Of a DNA stretch of 64,000 bases, positions 13,110 to 29,425 are shown piece after piece. The DNA is from the human T2T-CHM13v2.0 reference genome, Homo sapiens. The stretch lies in NCBI RefSeq assembly GCF_009914755.1, contig NC_060936.1; one strand, given 5' to 3'. Every line of letters starts with the position of its first letter. The first letter of the stretch is position 1. The position numbers were made by a program, and so were the translations under genes. The notes under the pieces were generated by a model, which saw only the letters and a list, made by a program, of their open reading frames with translations, did not search any database and was not told the DNA's origin.

Positions 13110-13458
13110 TAGTCATGTGCTGCATAACAATATTTTGGTCAAAGACAGACTGCTTATATGATGAAGGTCCTCTAAGATTATAATGCTGTATTTTTACTGT
13201 GCCTTTTCTATGTTTAGATATGTTTAGATACAATACTTACCGTTGTGTTGTAATTGCCTACAGTATTAAGTTCAGTAAAATGCTGTACAGGTTTGTAAGC
13301 CAGGAGCAATAGGATATATCATATAGCCTAGCCTAGGTGTGTAGAAGGCTATACCATCTAGGTTTGTGTTAGTACGCTCTGATGTTCACACGATAACAAA
13401 ATTACCTAATGATGCATTTATCAGAACAGATCCCCATGATTAAGCAATACATGGCTAT
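13110..13458. mobile_element. Tigger3/MER7-type Tc1-mariner MITE
   Basis: Ends agtcatgtgctgcataac ... attaagcaatacatggct form a degenerate TIR with TA flanks; internal cctaggtgtgtagaaggctataccatctaggtttgtg. Confidence 0.8.
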
Positions 13459-14059
13459 ATGCTGTTATTATGGTGATTTGTACAATGGAAAAAAGCGATG
13501 AGGACTCTAATTAAAGTACGTAAAGCAGAAGGTCAGCTTTAATTTGTCTTTAAGGTCAACACCTGCTACTGCAATGTAATGTGAGTGGCATTCTTGAGTC
13601 CTCTGTCCCAATTTTTGGTATTTTCCCATGAAAGAGTCACTTTGAGTTTTGAAAACCTTCGAATTTTTCAAGATTCATTTATCAAGAGACAAGAACTACC
13701 CAAGGTCTGGAGGATGGTAGCACCTCAACACAGCATTTTTCAAATTATTCCATAGAAACTACTGTCAGAGGCAAATGACACATGCACACACACACAAAGG
13801 GAAACCAGGAGGTTCAGCCTAACAGATCCTGGCCCAAACAGAAAATGTCTTTGAGGTCTTCTGTTTTATCTTTAAATGTCAAATGAATGTTTCATTCTAT
13901 TTCATATTCTATTTTTTCATATAAAACAATTTTTAAATTGCCATCTGGAATTGTAAAAGCTCCCTAGCATTTTATCCTGTGCCTTTGCATGTCATCAGTA
14001 TACCACGTAGGCATGGAGTAAGGTGCTGCCAGAGAACACCAAAGTCAGTGAATGGTATC

Positions 14060-14645
14060 TGTGAATCCATTTGTCCATTTCTACAATCACTGTCTTGGTC
14101 CAAGTTGCCATTATCACTTCTCTGGACCACAGTGCATGGCCTGTAGGCTGACTGCTTGTTTCTGCTTTAATCTACATTCTGCTCTGTGTTCAGAGCCCAT
14201 CCCACTGCTTAAAACCTTTTAGTGACTCTCCATTGCTATTAGAAGAAAATAAAAATCCTTAACAAGGTGTCAAGGCACTTGGGGTCTGGCCTCCACTAAC
14301 TCATCCACCTCACCTCTGATCACAGTCCCTTCACTCCTTGTGTTCCAGACACACTAGCCTCCAGCATGCCAGCTCATTTTCCTCTCCAGAGTCTTGGACC
14401 AGCCAGCGCTCACATCTGAAATACTCTTCCACTTCCCATTTCCTTCCTTTGGGGCCTCTGACTAAGTCATTTTCTCCTATTATGCTTTCTGACAGCATCA
14501 TCTATCTCCCACCCACTGGCACAAAGCTCCTTAAGGAGAAAGGCAATGTCTTTGTGCACCAATTTGTTCCTAGTGCCAAACTCCTTCCATGAAACATAGT
14601 AGCTGCTCAATAAATGTTTTGTAAATGATCGAATGGATGAATGAG
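14060..14645 (+). mobile_element. L2 LINE 3' portion
   Basis: cccactgcttaaaaccttttagtgactctccattgct... ending acatagtagctgctcaataaatgttttgtaaatgatcgaatg. Confidence 0.7.
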
Positions 14646-16758
14646 CTAGGGAATAGCCTGTCTCCTTTCAGGTACAGAACAAGAAAAAATAACTTGAACA
14701 ATTTTCCGGGCAAATGCAATACATATTTTGTTCAAAGACCACTTTAATTATCACGAGAGGAAAAAATAGCATGAAAGCACTCTGTCAACTTCACTTAAGA
14801 CACTATTTAGGTACTTCTGGGATGATAAAAAATTTTGAGTGGCAGAATCTTGTCAATAACTTGTGATAGAACTTATCCCAAGTTCTACTACACCTGAGTG
14901 TGACACCTGAGTGCTCCTAATTAGGGCTGTCTCGGAGAACATTACATAAGACGGCAAGGGCTTCTTTTATTTCTGAAATTTTAAACCTGCTATAGATATA
15001 AATATCTGGAGTTCTTATTTTTAGTACATTGTTTATATTTGGAAGCACAGAGAAAAGAATGTTTTGTTAACAAGTAGCCTCCATTGATGATAATCCTTGT
15101 ATTGACTTGGGACAAATTGTTGGGGAAAAAAAAGCAGAATGAACTGGAAAAGAAACACAGAGAAACATTCGATAATCATTCCACCAACCTTATAGAGCTC
15201 TATTTGTCACTTGGAGACACAAGGATGAGTGACTGACATTGTCTGCCCACAGGTAGCTCTCTGAGCCTGGTAGCAAAGACAAGTCATCATCAGAGAGTCA
15301 CTAGGGCCTAGCAATACCCAGACCACAAGATAATTATTCTAAGACCAGGAATTTGGGGTGTTGGGAATATTTTACCCAAGGTTATTAAAAGACAAGGTAA
15401 GAAGTTTTGTTTATTACAGTATCGCTAATACCAAGAGCAATATTTTGAACATGGTAGGCCTTTGTTACATATTTGTTGAATGAATAAATGAATTCCTATC
15501 CAAGACACACTTCAGAGATACCTGGAAGGCGGCTCTATGACAACTCATGGGTTTTCCCACAGAGCCACAATTGACTTTCGTGGGTCCTAAATCCTTTTGC
15601 TTTCGTGGGCCCCTACTGAAATGGTATAAAGACTACTATAATATAAGCTGGATTACACTCATTTTTTTTAATTTTAAAAGAAATTAAGACATTTTCATGG
15701 AGCCCTGGATAGTATAGTGGCTGCTAGGCTCTGTACCTATTGTGCCTAACACACAAGTGGGGTCTGGATTTCTCACTGTTCCCTAAGCAAATGATTCCCT
15801 TATCTAGGATCAATGCTCAAAGCAAGTAGTCCTCATAACAAAGCCCTGGCTTCTGGCTTAAATACACAGCAAAGGCAGAAGAACTCATGAGCTAGAACAT
15901 CAGTACATATGGAAAAGCCTCCTGGATACTGCTGTTTACCGACTTATGATCTACTTTGGAAGATACTTAGTTGTATAAGGATTGCTCTCTATATCACAGG
16001 CAATTAAAGAAGAATCCCAGCTCCTGAAAACCTGAGCTATCAACAAAAATAATCATAATAAGTTATATTCATGAAGATCTACTCTGTGCTAAGCACTAAA
16101 CTTAAAGCAATTCATATATCACTATTAACCTTCCTAAGGATCCAGCCAGGTAAGAATTATTTCCTCCATTTTAAAGATTTGGAACTTGGATTAGGGCTTA
16201 GAGAGATTAAGGATCTAGCCTCTAAGGACTGGAATATACCTCTTTCTAGTTCCAAAGCTCACATTCTTTCCACTATGTCACCTTGCCATTAAATTATAAA
16301 TATACACAAGTATAATAGAATACAAATAACTGTTTAATGATAAGGAAGAAGCCTTTGATAGAATAATTACAAAAAGGAGAGTTATTTGAAGAAAAAGAAT
16401 TATCAAAGCAAATTTCAGATCAGACTTCTAACACATCACTGGGAAGGTAATATGATAAATTATTTGAATAATATTGGATGTATAGTCTGATGCCAAATGA
16501 CAGCAACTCCAAATAGCTGAAAATCAGCTTCGTTGTATATGGTAACACACATCTTCATTGGAGAAGATTGTTTTAGTCCCCCAAAATAATTGACGCAAAC
16601 ATTGAAGTAGATATAAATTTATTCACATAAAACTGAAAATATAACTCTGTGAAAGCAGGGATTTTTGTCTGCGTAATGCTGAATCTTCAGTACTTAAAAC
16701 AGTGCTAAACAGATAGTAGGTGCTCAATTAATATGTGCTGAAAAAAATAAATGAATGA

Positions 16759-17189
<431 letters not shown>

Positions 17190-17695
17190 TCAGGCCTCAA
17201 CTTAGCTATTTCTTATTTTAAGACAGTCATGAATTATATTTACACCCACTAAGTCTTTATTTTCATATATAAAATAATATCATAGTAACCGACTCAGACT
17301 TAATGTGAGGTATGTATCAACTGCTTAGCAGAGGGCCTAGCACATAGTAAATAATCAGTATACTTTAGCCATTATTATTATCATTATTACTATTATTCTT
17401 ATTATTACTATTATTTTGCAATAGAGAGGAAAAATGTGTGTGGTGCTTTTTACAATCAAAATATCTCTCAACTTCTGGATATATTTGTCCCTCTTTTACA
17501 AGTTTTGACATAAAGATAAAATGAAATGGATCATAGAATATGGAAGCAAATTGGAATAAGTTGATATATCCTAGGAATTAGCAAAAAGAAAGGATGGTCA
17601 TGAATAATTGAAAGCACTCTAAACAGGAATGTGTTGGGTACGGTAAAGGGAGGTTGGTAAAGCTGGGAAAAGAGTAGAATCATACAACATCATAT

Positions 17696-17748
17696 CTGCA
17701 CTCCAGCCTGGGCGACAGAGCGAGACTCCGTCTCAAAAAAAAAAAAAA
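17696..17748 (+). mobile_element. Isolated Alu 3' terminus (39 nt) plus A14
   Basis: ctgcactccagcctgggcgacagagcgagactccgtctc matches the Alu consensus 3' end with its three CpGs intact. Confidence 0.9.
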
Positions 17749-18524
17749 TGCTCATCATCACTGGCCATCAGAGAAATGCAAATCAAAACCACAATGAGAT
17801 ACCATCTCACACCAGTTAGAATGGCGATCATTAAAAAGTCAGGAAACAACAGGTGCTGGAGAGGATGTGGAGAAATAGGAACACTTTTACACTGTTGGTG
17901 GTACTGTAAACTAGTTCAACCATTGTGGAAGTCGGTGTGGCGATTCCTCTGGGATCTGGAACTAGAAGTACCATTTGACCCAGCCATCCCATTACTGGGT
18001 ATATACCCAAAGGATTATAAATCATGCTGCTATAAAGACACATGCACATGTATGTTTACTGCAGCACTATTCACAATAGCAAAGACTTGGAACCAACCCA
18101 AATGTCCAACAATGATAGACTGGATTAAGAAAATGTGGCACATAGACGCCATGGAATACTATGCAACCATAAAAAATGATGAGTTCATGTCCTTTGTAGG
18201 GACATGGATGAAGCTGGAAACCATCATTCTCAGCAAACTATCACAAGGACAAAAAAACCAAACACCGCATGTTCTCACTCATAGGTGGGAATTGAACAAT
18301 GAGAACACATGGACACAGGAAGGGGAACATCACACACCAGGGACTGTTGTGGGGTGGGGAGAGGGGGAAGGGATAGCATTAGGTGATATACCTAATGCTA
18401 AATGACGAGTTAATGAGTGCAGCACACCAACATGGCACATGTATACATATATAACAAAACTGCACGTTGTGCACATGTACCCTAAAACTTAAAGTATAAT
18501 AATAAAAAAAAAAAACAAAAAAAA
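17743..18524 (+). mobile_element. 5'-truncated L1PA (about L1PA4): ORF2 C-terminus, 3' UTR and poly(A)
   Basis: ORF 17776-18405 ([42 protein letters not shown]) is the Cys-rich C-terminus of L1 ORF2p, frameshifted near its end; ends cctaaaacttaaagtataataataaaaa. Confidence 0.95.
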
Positions 18525-21500
18525 GTGTTCATAACAGCTATCCCATTACAAAAATCAGAAATTCTAAACCTACGCACACAAACACACACACAGAGAGAGA
18601 AAGAGAGAGAGAGAGACAGAGAGAGAAAGTTTGAGACCAACTTGTCACTGGAGTGAAAGTTTTGTTACATTGCTTCTTCTGAAAGCCCGGAGCTGGAGCA
18701 AAGAGGAAGGAAGCCTGAATGATGTCCCTGCTTTCTAATGGCCACTTGCCTCCCTATTTCAATGCTGTAAATGACCATCAAGCCTTCTGCTCCCTGATGA
18801 CCAAACAGCGAAAATAATTTCTTTGAGAAGACTTTGTTCAACCTAATTTGTGAGTAAAATCTTCTAAGGGCAGCAGTGAAAGGCCCAAGATAATGAGGAA
18901 GTTTTCAAACTCGGGGAACTGATGAGATATTCTCCCAAATTTACCATACACCATTAATCAATTGTTACTAGGCAGAATCACAGAACCCAGATAGAGGTCA
19001 ATTGATCACATGACCCACAGCACTCCGAACTCCTGGTGTCCTGCTGCTTAAACTAAAGCATTAGGGATTTTGTAACTTAGCAGAAGTTAAAATCTCAGTT
19101 GATTTTTCATAACGAGAATTCAGTGCAAATTGTGTAGAGTCTGAGTAAAACAAACAAAATCTAGGAGGTGTTGGTAAAGGAGGGTTAGGACTCACCAAAG
19201 AAATGGGATAAATTGATCATAGAGTTTACAAGAAAGAACCAAGTTAGAAATAAAAATTACGTTTAGCACCTTACCTCGTTTAATGCGTCCTTGTTTGAAA
19301 ACTGCAAGCACTTTTACCTGTCACTTTTAATAAACATTTAAATATAATTTCACCCTTTTTAAATCCAAAACACAGATGTTATATTCCATCATTTTCCACA
19401 GAGCACAATATTTTTATTTTTTCAGATGCTCTGTAAACCACATGCCACTATGTTAGACGTGTAAAAGATTTTGCCCTTCATTCATGTCCCCCTGATACTG
19501 CTTACATGGTAAGATGCTTTATTTATAAATCAAAGTGTCTTCAGAAGGTTCTGAATGATGGATAAACATCTCAAAATCTCCTATAACTATTTTTTATTAG
19601 CAAAAAACACAAATCCTGAACTCCCTATTTATTAGTTCATTCTTTGCCAGATTCTAGAAATTTTTAGTACTAAAGAATAATATAAACTTGAACAAAAAAA
19701 GTAAAATCACTCATTGCAAGGAGCAGGGCTATTTTTAATTTCTCTTATAAACAATTTCCTCATATCTTGGTTCGGTCTGTTGTTTTTAGACATAATTGGA
19801 ACAAGGTGTTAGGCAACAATCACATTTAATAGAAATACATAAAAGATCACTTGGAAAAACAAACTGAGCAGTGTTAAGGTTCTATTATCTTATTGCTTTA
19901 GATATAGAACAGGTAGTACTAATATATTACATATTTGGAAGCCCCAGTCTTAATGCCTGAAGAGAAGTCCTCTAATTTGTCAGATAAAAATTCTCCCACA
20001 TTTATACCAAAGCAGAAAAATCTGTGTAGATCTAATTCATCATGACAAAACAAAGGGGCAAAATCATGTTATTTGGGATCTCTGATGTCCATTTTTGTTT
20101 TGGACCAAATATTTTCTAACTAATATTATCATTTTTTAAGTTCTGTGAGTCAAAGAGCATACCAGACAAAATACTTAGGAATATTTTTGGACAGAAAACA
20201 TACCAAAAGTTAAATCTTGCATGCATTTTACAATTTTACTTTTAGGAATTCACATTATAAAAATAATTAGAGGAGCAGATAACAATTATACATAAAATAT
20301 ATTCATGAAATATTTTTCCTATAGTGAAAATATTCATAAAAATTTTTCCTATAGTGAAATTTGCAAATAATTAAAATGTTCCAAAATAGCAAATTGGCTA
20401 ATTAAATTATACTACAATGATGCAATAAAAGATTCTATAGGTGTTTAAAATGCTAATGTAGATCACCGTTTGTTGATATTGCAAAGATGTCAACAGTTCA
20501 TTGTGATGGGGGGAAAAAACAGCTTATGGAACAATGTGTGTAGTAAGAGCTCATTCTTGAACAAATAGTTCTATATGTGAATATGCTAAGAAAAATGTAT
20601 GAAAGGATATGCTCCAAAATGTAAATAGTGGTTGTCATTGGGTTATTAAGCTATAGATAATTTCTGCTTTTTCTTAATGCCTTTTGGTAACTTCTTTTTT
20701 TCTCTTTCATTTTGTAAACAATGAGAAAACTATGCAAAAAGTGATTTTCATTTTGAGGGGGAAAAGGGGAAGGAAGGGTAAGGGAAAGCTTCCTGCACTA
20801 ATGCCTGCCTCCCCATCTGGGTTAGTGACATGCATGCAGAGGGTCTAAAGAGAGAAGTGGAAGGAAAGCAAGAAGTACGGCTTCACCACACTAAATGAAA
20901 AGCAAACAATATGCATATCAGCATCCTAAGATGTACCACTCTGCTGGGAAAACCCAAGACAAAAGAATTATCAGACACAACAGTTCAAAGCATATTGCAC
21001 CTGTCAAAACGTCTGTCATCTTCTATAGAAATGCACCATTCTAAGAGAGAAAAGGGAAACTTTAGCAAAGTCACTCAGGAACAACAGCTTACTTTGTCTC
21101 CTTCCTCTAGCCAACTCCTCCATCTGAAAGCCATTGAGCTCCATGCTAAAGATTGCCTGGAAGGACCAGACAATAGGAAGGTCTCTTTCATTGTCAAGGA
21201 CAGTTAGACTTTGAAGATGACACTCAAAAGAGGTTAAAATGGGTCAACAGGCAATTGTTGGGCCTATGCAAGGACATGTGAAGAGAACATTGTTAAAGTC
21301 AAACACATAAAAAATCTTGATCTCAAAGAATTCAGCTTTAACCTAGAGGAGGTGTGGGAAGGAAGGAACTAACACACAATACTGATTTCTGATTTCATCC
21401 CAAAGAATTAAGTGGGGAGGGGACTTACCCCAAGAGGATTAATTAATGGACAGTTTGGGGATGGTCTTTGCCATTCTAACATCTGCCCACACATTATAGA

Positions 21501-21624
21501 AAGGTAAGTGCAATTTAGGGCTAAGTAAGAAAATGTGGTTTAAACAGAAAAAAGTGGTGTTAATTCCATGCACGCTATACATTTTTAAGAATTCTATTTT
21601 CTGGATGCACTTTAGAAAACGTGT

Positions 21625-21835
21625 AGAATGGACATACAAAGTGGAATAATGAATGCTAGAGACTCTAAAGGGTGGAAGGGTGGGAGGGGGGTGAGGGATG
21701 AAATACTATCTATTGAGTTCAATGTACACTACTCGGGTGATGGATGTGCTAAAAGCCCAATCTTCACCACTATGCTATACATGCATGTAACACAACTACA
21801 CTTGTACCCCTAAATTTATAAAATATTTTTTTAAA
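21625..21835 (+). mobile_element. L1PB-type 3' UTR fragment
   Basis: aatgtacactactcgggtgatggatgtgctaaaagccca...catgtaacacaactacacttgtacccctaaat. Confidence 0.75.
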
Positions 21836-22148
21836 AAAGAAAATATAGTATTTAGTCAGATGATTGGTAAATGGTTAGAGGTGGTTGGGTATATTTAAAC
21901 AGCAAACTTTTGTGCAATTTCTTAGATATCCTAACTAAAGAAAACTTAGAAGTCCATCTGAGAAATTCTGATACAGAGAAAAGGCGTATGGCAAATTCTG
22001 GTCAGCCTGCCTAGGCTTACAGTCCAGCTCTGCCTTGAACAGACTGTGTGACTTTGGACAAGTAACCTCTTTATTCTGAGTTTCCTGTTGTGTAGAAGAG
22101 GATAACAATACACCATAGAAGTATTGGGAAAATTAAAGGAGATACCAA

Positions 22149-22709
22149 TGCGGGGGAATCCCAAAATTGGGCCTCAGCCCACAGCAGTTGTTGGCTTCAT
22201 GCAGCAAAGAATTCAAGAACAAGCTGACAGAGTAGCGAAAGCAAAGCAAGTTTATTAGAGCAACAGAGCACAGGAAAATGACTGCTCCACAGACAGAGCA
22301 GGGCTACCCCATAGGCAGAGTAGCACTCACAGATAGCTGACTAGCTATACTTAATAGCTACTTCTTAATCACGTGCTAAATAAGGGGTGAATTATTCACA
22401 GATTTTCTAGAAAAGGAGTGGGGAGTTCCCAGACTTGAGGGTTCCTCCCCTTTTAAACCATATAAGGTAACTTCTGGGCATCTCCATGACATTTGTAAAC
22501 TGTCATGGCACCAGTGGAAGTGTCTTTTACCATTTTACCATATTGTAATTAGCGTATAATGAGCAGTGAGAGCAACTAGAGGTTACCATCTTGGTTTTAG
22601 CTGGTTTTGGCCTATTTCTTTACTGCATCCTGCTTTAACCAGATCTTGTTTTGATCAATGGGGTCATGACTGGTGCTTGGAAAACAAGTCCTGCTCATCT
22701 CCTACCACA
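22149..22709 (-). mobile_element. ERV1 (MER4-group-like) solo LTR
   Basis: TG...CA termini; aaagaattcaagaacaagctgacag...gcaagtttattagag with minus-strand AATAAA at 22251-22256. Subfamily not determined and no clear TSD. Confidence 0.7.
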
Positions 22710-22719
22710 GCACTGCATG

Positions 22720-23215
22720 CAAGAGAAAGCAAAACATATGTACACACAAAAACTGGTACATGAGTGTTGATAGCAGCATTATTCATAATAGTCAAAAGGT
22801 GGACACAGCCCCAATGTCCATTAACCAATCAATGGATAAACAAAATGTGGTATGTCCATACAGTAGAATATTATTTGGCCATTAAAAAGAAGGAAGCACT
22901 GGCATGCAATATGATATGGATGAACCTTAAAAAGTCATGCTAAGTGAAAGAAGCCAGTCACAAAAGACACATATTATATGATTTCATTCATATTAAATGT
23001 CCAGAATAGTGGACATCTATAGAGACAAAGTAGAATAGTGGTTGCTTGGGGCTGGGTGTTGCAGAGGAAAGCAGGGTATCAGCTAAAGGGTACAGGGTTT
23101 CTATTCAAATTCACATACCTGTGAATATATGAAAAACTCATGAATTGTACACTTAAGATGGGTGAATTATATGATATATAAATATGTCTCAATAAAGCTG
23201 TCAAAATAAATAAAT
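22720..23215 (+). mobile_element. L1MB-type 3' end
   Basis: gcagcattattcataatag...atggataaacaaaatgtggtat...gctaagtgaaagaagccagtcacaaaag...tatgtctcaataaagctg. Confidence 0.8.
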
Positions 23216-25148
23216 AATTAAAAGTAACCAAGCAAGAATAATAATCAAATCTTTGTGGCTTAAAAACAAAAAAGAAGACCAAAAAGAAAGAAAGGAGGAA
23301 GGAAGCAGGGGTTCCACAATAAGGGAACCAGAATAGTGTCTAACATACAGTAAGGATGCAATCAACACTATCAGTATTACTTAGTTACTTTTATTGATTC
23401 TTAACACCACTTGGTGATGTTACTATTCTTTTTGAGTAAATATGAATTATTATGTATAGCTTTGAAAATGCTTTAGAAAAGAGTATTGCTAGGTATACTG
23501 ACTAATAATAAGACTGAAATCTCCATTTCAATTTTAAAGTATTCATCTTTAAATATATTTTGAAATTCATGCATATATTCTGAAATCTAAAGAAAATATA
23601 TCCCTAAATAGTCTATTAAAAAGGTAAACTTCAAAATGAAATGCAGCTTTTTCTCTTCTTTAAAGAGTTTTCCATTTAACTACATTAAAATAATTATGAT
23701 TGACAAATATTTAAATGTTAGCAATTGACTAGCTATAGAGTCAAACATGAGAAAACTAGAAAAGGCCACTCACTCTGAAAAACACCATAGAATTCATTGA
23801 AGTGAATTCAATGAAAAATTGATTCATTCTTTAAAATCTCTTTAGGCTGTTTTCCAAAAGCCACACATACTATGCCAAAAATTTTTAAAGAGATGCCTTT
23901 TTTGACTATCAATTTCCAAAATCTCAAACAATTCAAAAAGAAAATAAATAAGATTAATTCCCTTCCCTTTCAGGAACCCATCTCTGGTCTCCTCTTTCTC
24001 TCCTCCATGAATCAACATATATCTGCAGGTATATTTCACTTTATAAGGTAAATCCCCATGTCTTTTGCCTTACTCAGAGATGGATTTATTAAAAAACAAA
24101 TAAAATGAGCTGAAGGGTCCTTTGTTTGTAAGGACCGTTTCCTCTACCTAACTATGTTTATAATGTTGTATTCTATTCCTGAAAGAGCTCCCCTCAAAAT
24201 GTATAAGCTTCAGGTACCACGAAAGTTGATCAGTCCCTGGTTGCTACTTCCATTTTATCCACTATTTTGTCCCTTCAAATCCTCCACACTCCAAAATCAA
24301 GTTCAAATTCTTCTACAGGAAGCCTTCAATTATTCCAACCAGAACTGATCTCTCCCTTCTCTAACTTTCTACTGCACTTACTCACTTTAAAACTTCAAAA
24401 TCCTTTTTTCAAAACCCTCCAGGCTGGTTGAGTTCAGAATTTAGAATTTTTTCTATGTTATGGCTGTAAGCTACATATTATGGAATGGTGCATAAATCAC
24501 GTGTTGTTTAACACTTTCCATGGGGGTCCAAGGCAGAACTATATCATCAAATATATTACTACGTCTTCATTGAAATACAGGAGTATTCCCCAGAGTGAGA
24601 ATACTCATGTGTTCAGTTTGGCTCATAATTGACAGAAAAATTAACTTTTAATTTTCAGAGATTTTGGGTCTCACGACTGTGGCTAAAGGATTATCATCAA
24701 AGGACCTAAATATCATTGTGTCATTATTTCATGTTTCACTATCTAGATCTCACTGAATTAAAATGGCTCTTCACTATTCTGTCTCCAGTACAACACATTC
24801 AGCACATAGCAGATGTTCAGTAAATATTTTAGAATGAATAAGTGAAAGAACTAAGCCTTGCACTAGGTTGAACTAGTCAAGGAAGAAGACTGTGTCCTTT
24901 TTAGTAGACAACCCCAGCACCAAGGCCAGTGCCTTGTACATGGTGCATACAATAACTATTGGTTGAGTTGAATCAAATTTCTCAGATCTCTTGCAGAGTA
25001 CCTAGGATGGTAAGGACCCAATTAATGCTTCATGATCTCAATATCTGTCAATATCACTGACTTACAAAATTGGATTGATTCCCATAGAGGAGGGAAAACA
25101 CAGAGCATGGGAGTATGGAAGAAGCAGTAGTGGGAAGCCTAAACATGG

Positions 25149-25223
25149 CAGAAAAAAAAAAGAAAGAGAAAGAAGAAAGAAGAAAAAGAAAGAAAGAAAG
25201 AAAGAAAGAGAGAAAGGAGAGAG

Positions 25224-25270
<47 letters not shown>

Positions 25271-25384
25271 AATAAGCAAGCAAGCAAGAAAGAAAGAAAG
25301 AAAGAAAAAGAAAGGAAGAAGAAAGAAAGAAGCAAGCAAGCAAGAAAGAAAGAAAGAAAGAAAAAGAAAGGAAGGAAGGAAGGA

Positions 25385-25444
<60 letters not shown>

Positions 25445-25480
25445 AGGAAAAGAAAGAGAAAGAAAGAAAGAAGGAAAAAA
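25149..25480. repeat. Long complex (GAAA)n/(GCAA)n/(GGAA)n purine-rich microsatellite
   Basis: About 330 bp of almost pure purines on the + strand. Confidence 0.95.
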
Positions 25481-25574
25481 CCTTGTGAAAAAGGATGGAA
25501 GCAGAGAATTATATTTCACAAAGACCTTGGACTCTGCAAGAGGGACCCCATACACCTTAAGAATTCTGCAGCAT

Positions 25575-25945
25575 TTTTCTTAAGTTCAGGAATACATGTG
25601 CAGGCTTGTTACATAGGTAAACTTGTGTCATGGAGGTTTGTTGTACAGATTATGTCATAACCCAGGTATTAGGCATAATAGTACCCATTAGTTATTTTTC
25701 CTGATCCTCTCCCTCCTCCCATCCTTCACCCTCCACCCTCCAAAAGGCCCCAGTGTGTGTTGTTTCCCTTCATGTGTCCATGTGTTCTCATAATTTAGCT
25801 CCCACTTATGACTGAGAACATGGGATATTTGGTTTTCTGTTCCAGTGTTAGCTTGCTAAGGATAATGGCCTCCAGCTCCATCCATGTTCCTGCAAAGGAC
25901 ATAATCTCATTCTTTTTTATGGCTATGTATTACTCCATAGTAAAG
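25575..25945 (-). mobile_element. Older L1PA (about PA11-PA15) 3' fragment
   Basis: acatgtgcaggcttgttacataggtaaacttgtgtcatgg...gctaaggataatggcctccagctccatccatgttcctgcaaaggac. Confidence 0.85.
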
Positions 25946-26665
25946 GGTTGGAGCATTCTTCTTGAGGTTGAGTCTTCTCTTGACAACAACCTCTTTCCTG
26001 TGTCCCTGTGTGACTACAAATCCTCAACATCACATTTGTAGTTACAAAAACATTACCTCATCCCTTCCCTTGTCTGGGTAGTTTTAGAGTCTTTTATAGA
26101 GAGCCGAACTAAAAGATCACATTTGGAGGATACCACATGGCATCGTGTACCCCAATCTGAACTTTTCTAAATTGGAGGTTCTTCATGGAATAGTTTGTAA
26201 ATTCATCAACTGCATACATTGTTTTTTTTTTTAACATATAACTTGCTTTGAATAAGACATTGTACTGTAATCTTTGCGAGCATGAGTGATGGAGGCAGTC
26301 ATTGGCCAAATTGTATGTCTCCCTGTGTTTCACTTTCCTCATTGGTAAATGGGATAATACTACTGACCTCACAGTTATGGAATGAAGGTAAAGGATATAG
26401 TGTATAAAAACTTCTTAGAGAGGAACATGATGACACAGTCAGCAGAAATTGTGCTCAATGTCAGTGTAAGGAAGTTAGATCTATAACCTCTTATATCAGC
26501 CTTGCATAAATAATGATAATATACGTACTAATTATTGCTGATATTAGTCATAAAATAATGATTTGAATTTGGATACCACTCTTACTTTTCAAAATGCTTT
26601 CATTTTATAGCAAATTTCGTCCCCAAGTTATCCTTTGCAGTAAAAAAAACATGTAATCCCAATTT

Positions 26666-29425
<2,760 letters not shown>

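Noticed and set aside
25054-25660. K/E/R-rich and F/L/S-rich ORFs
   Set aside because: Translations of the (GAAA)n microsatellite.
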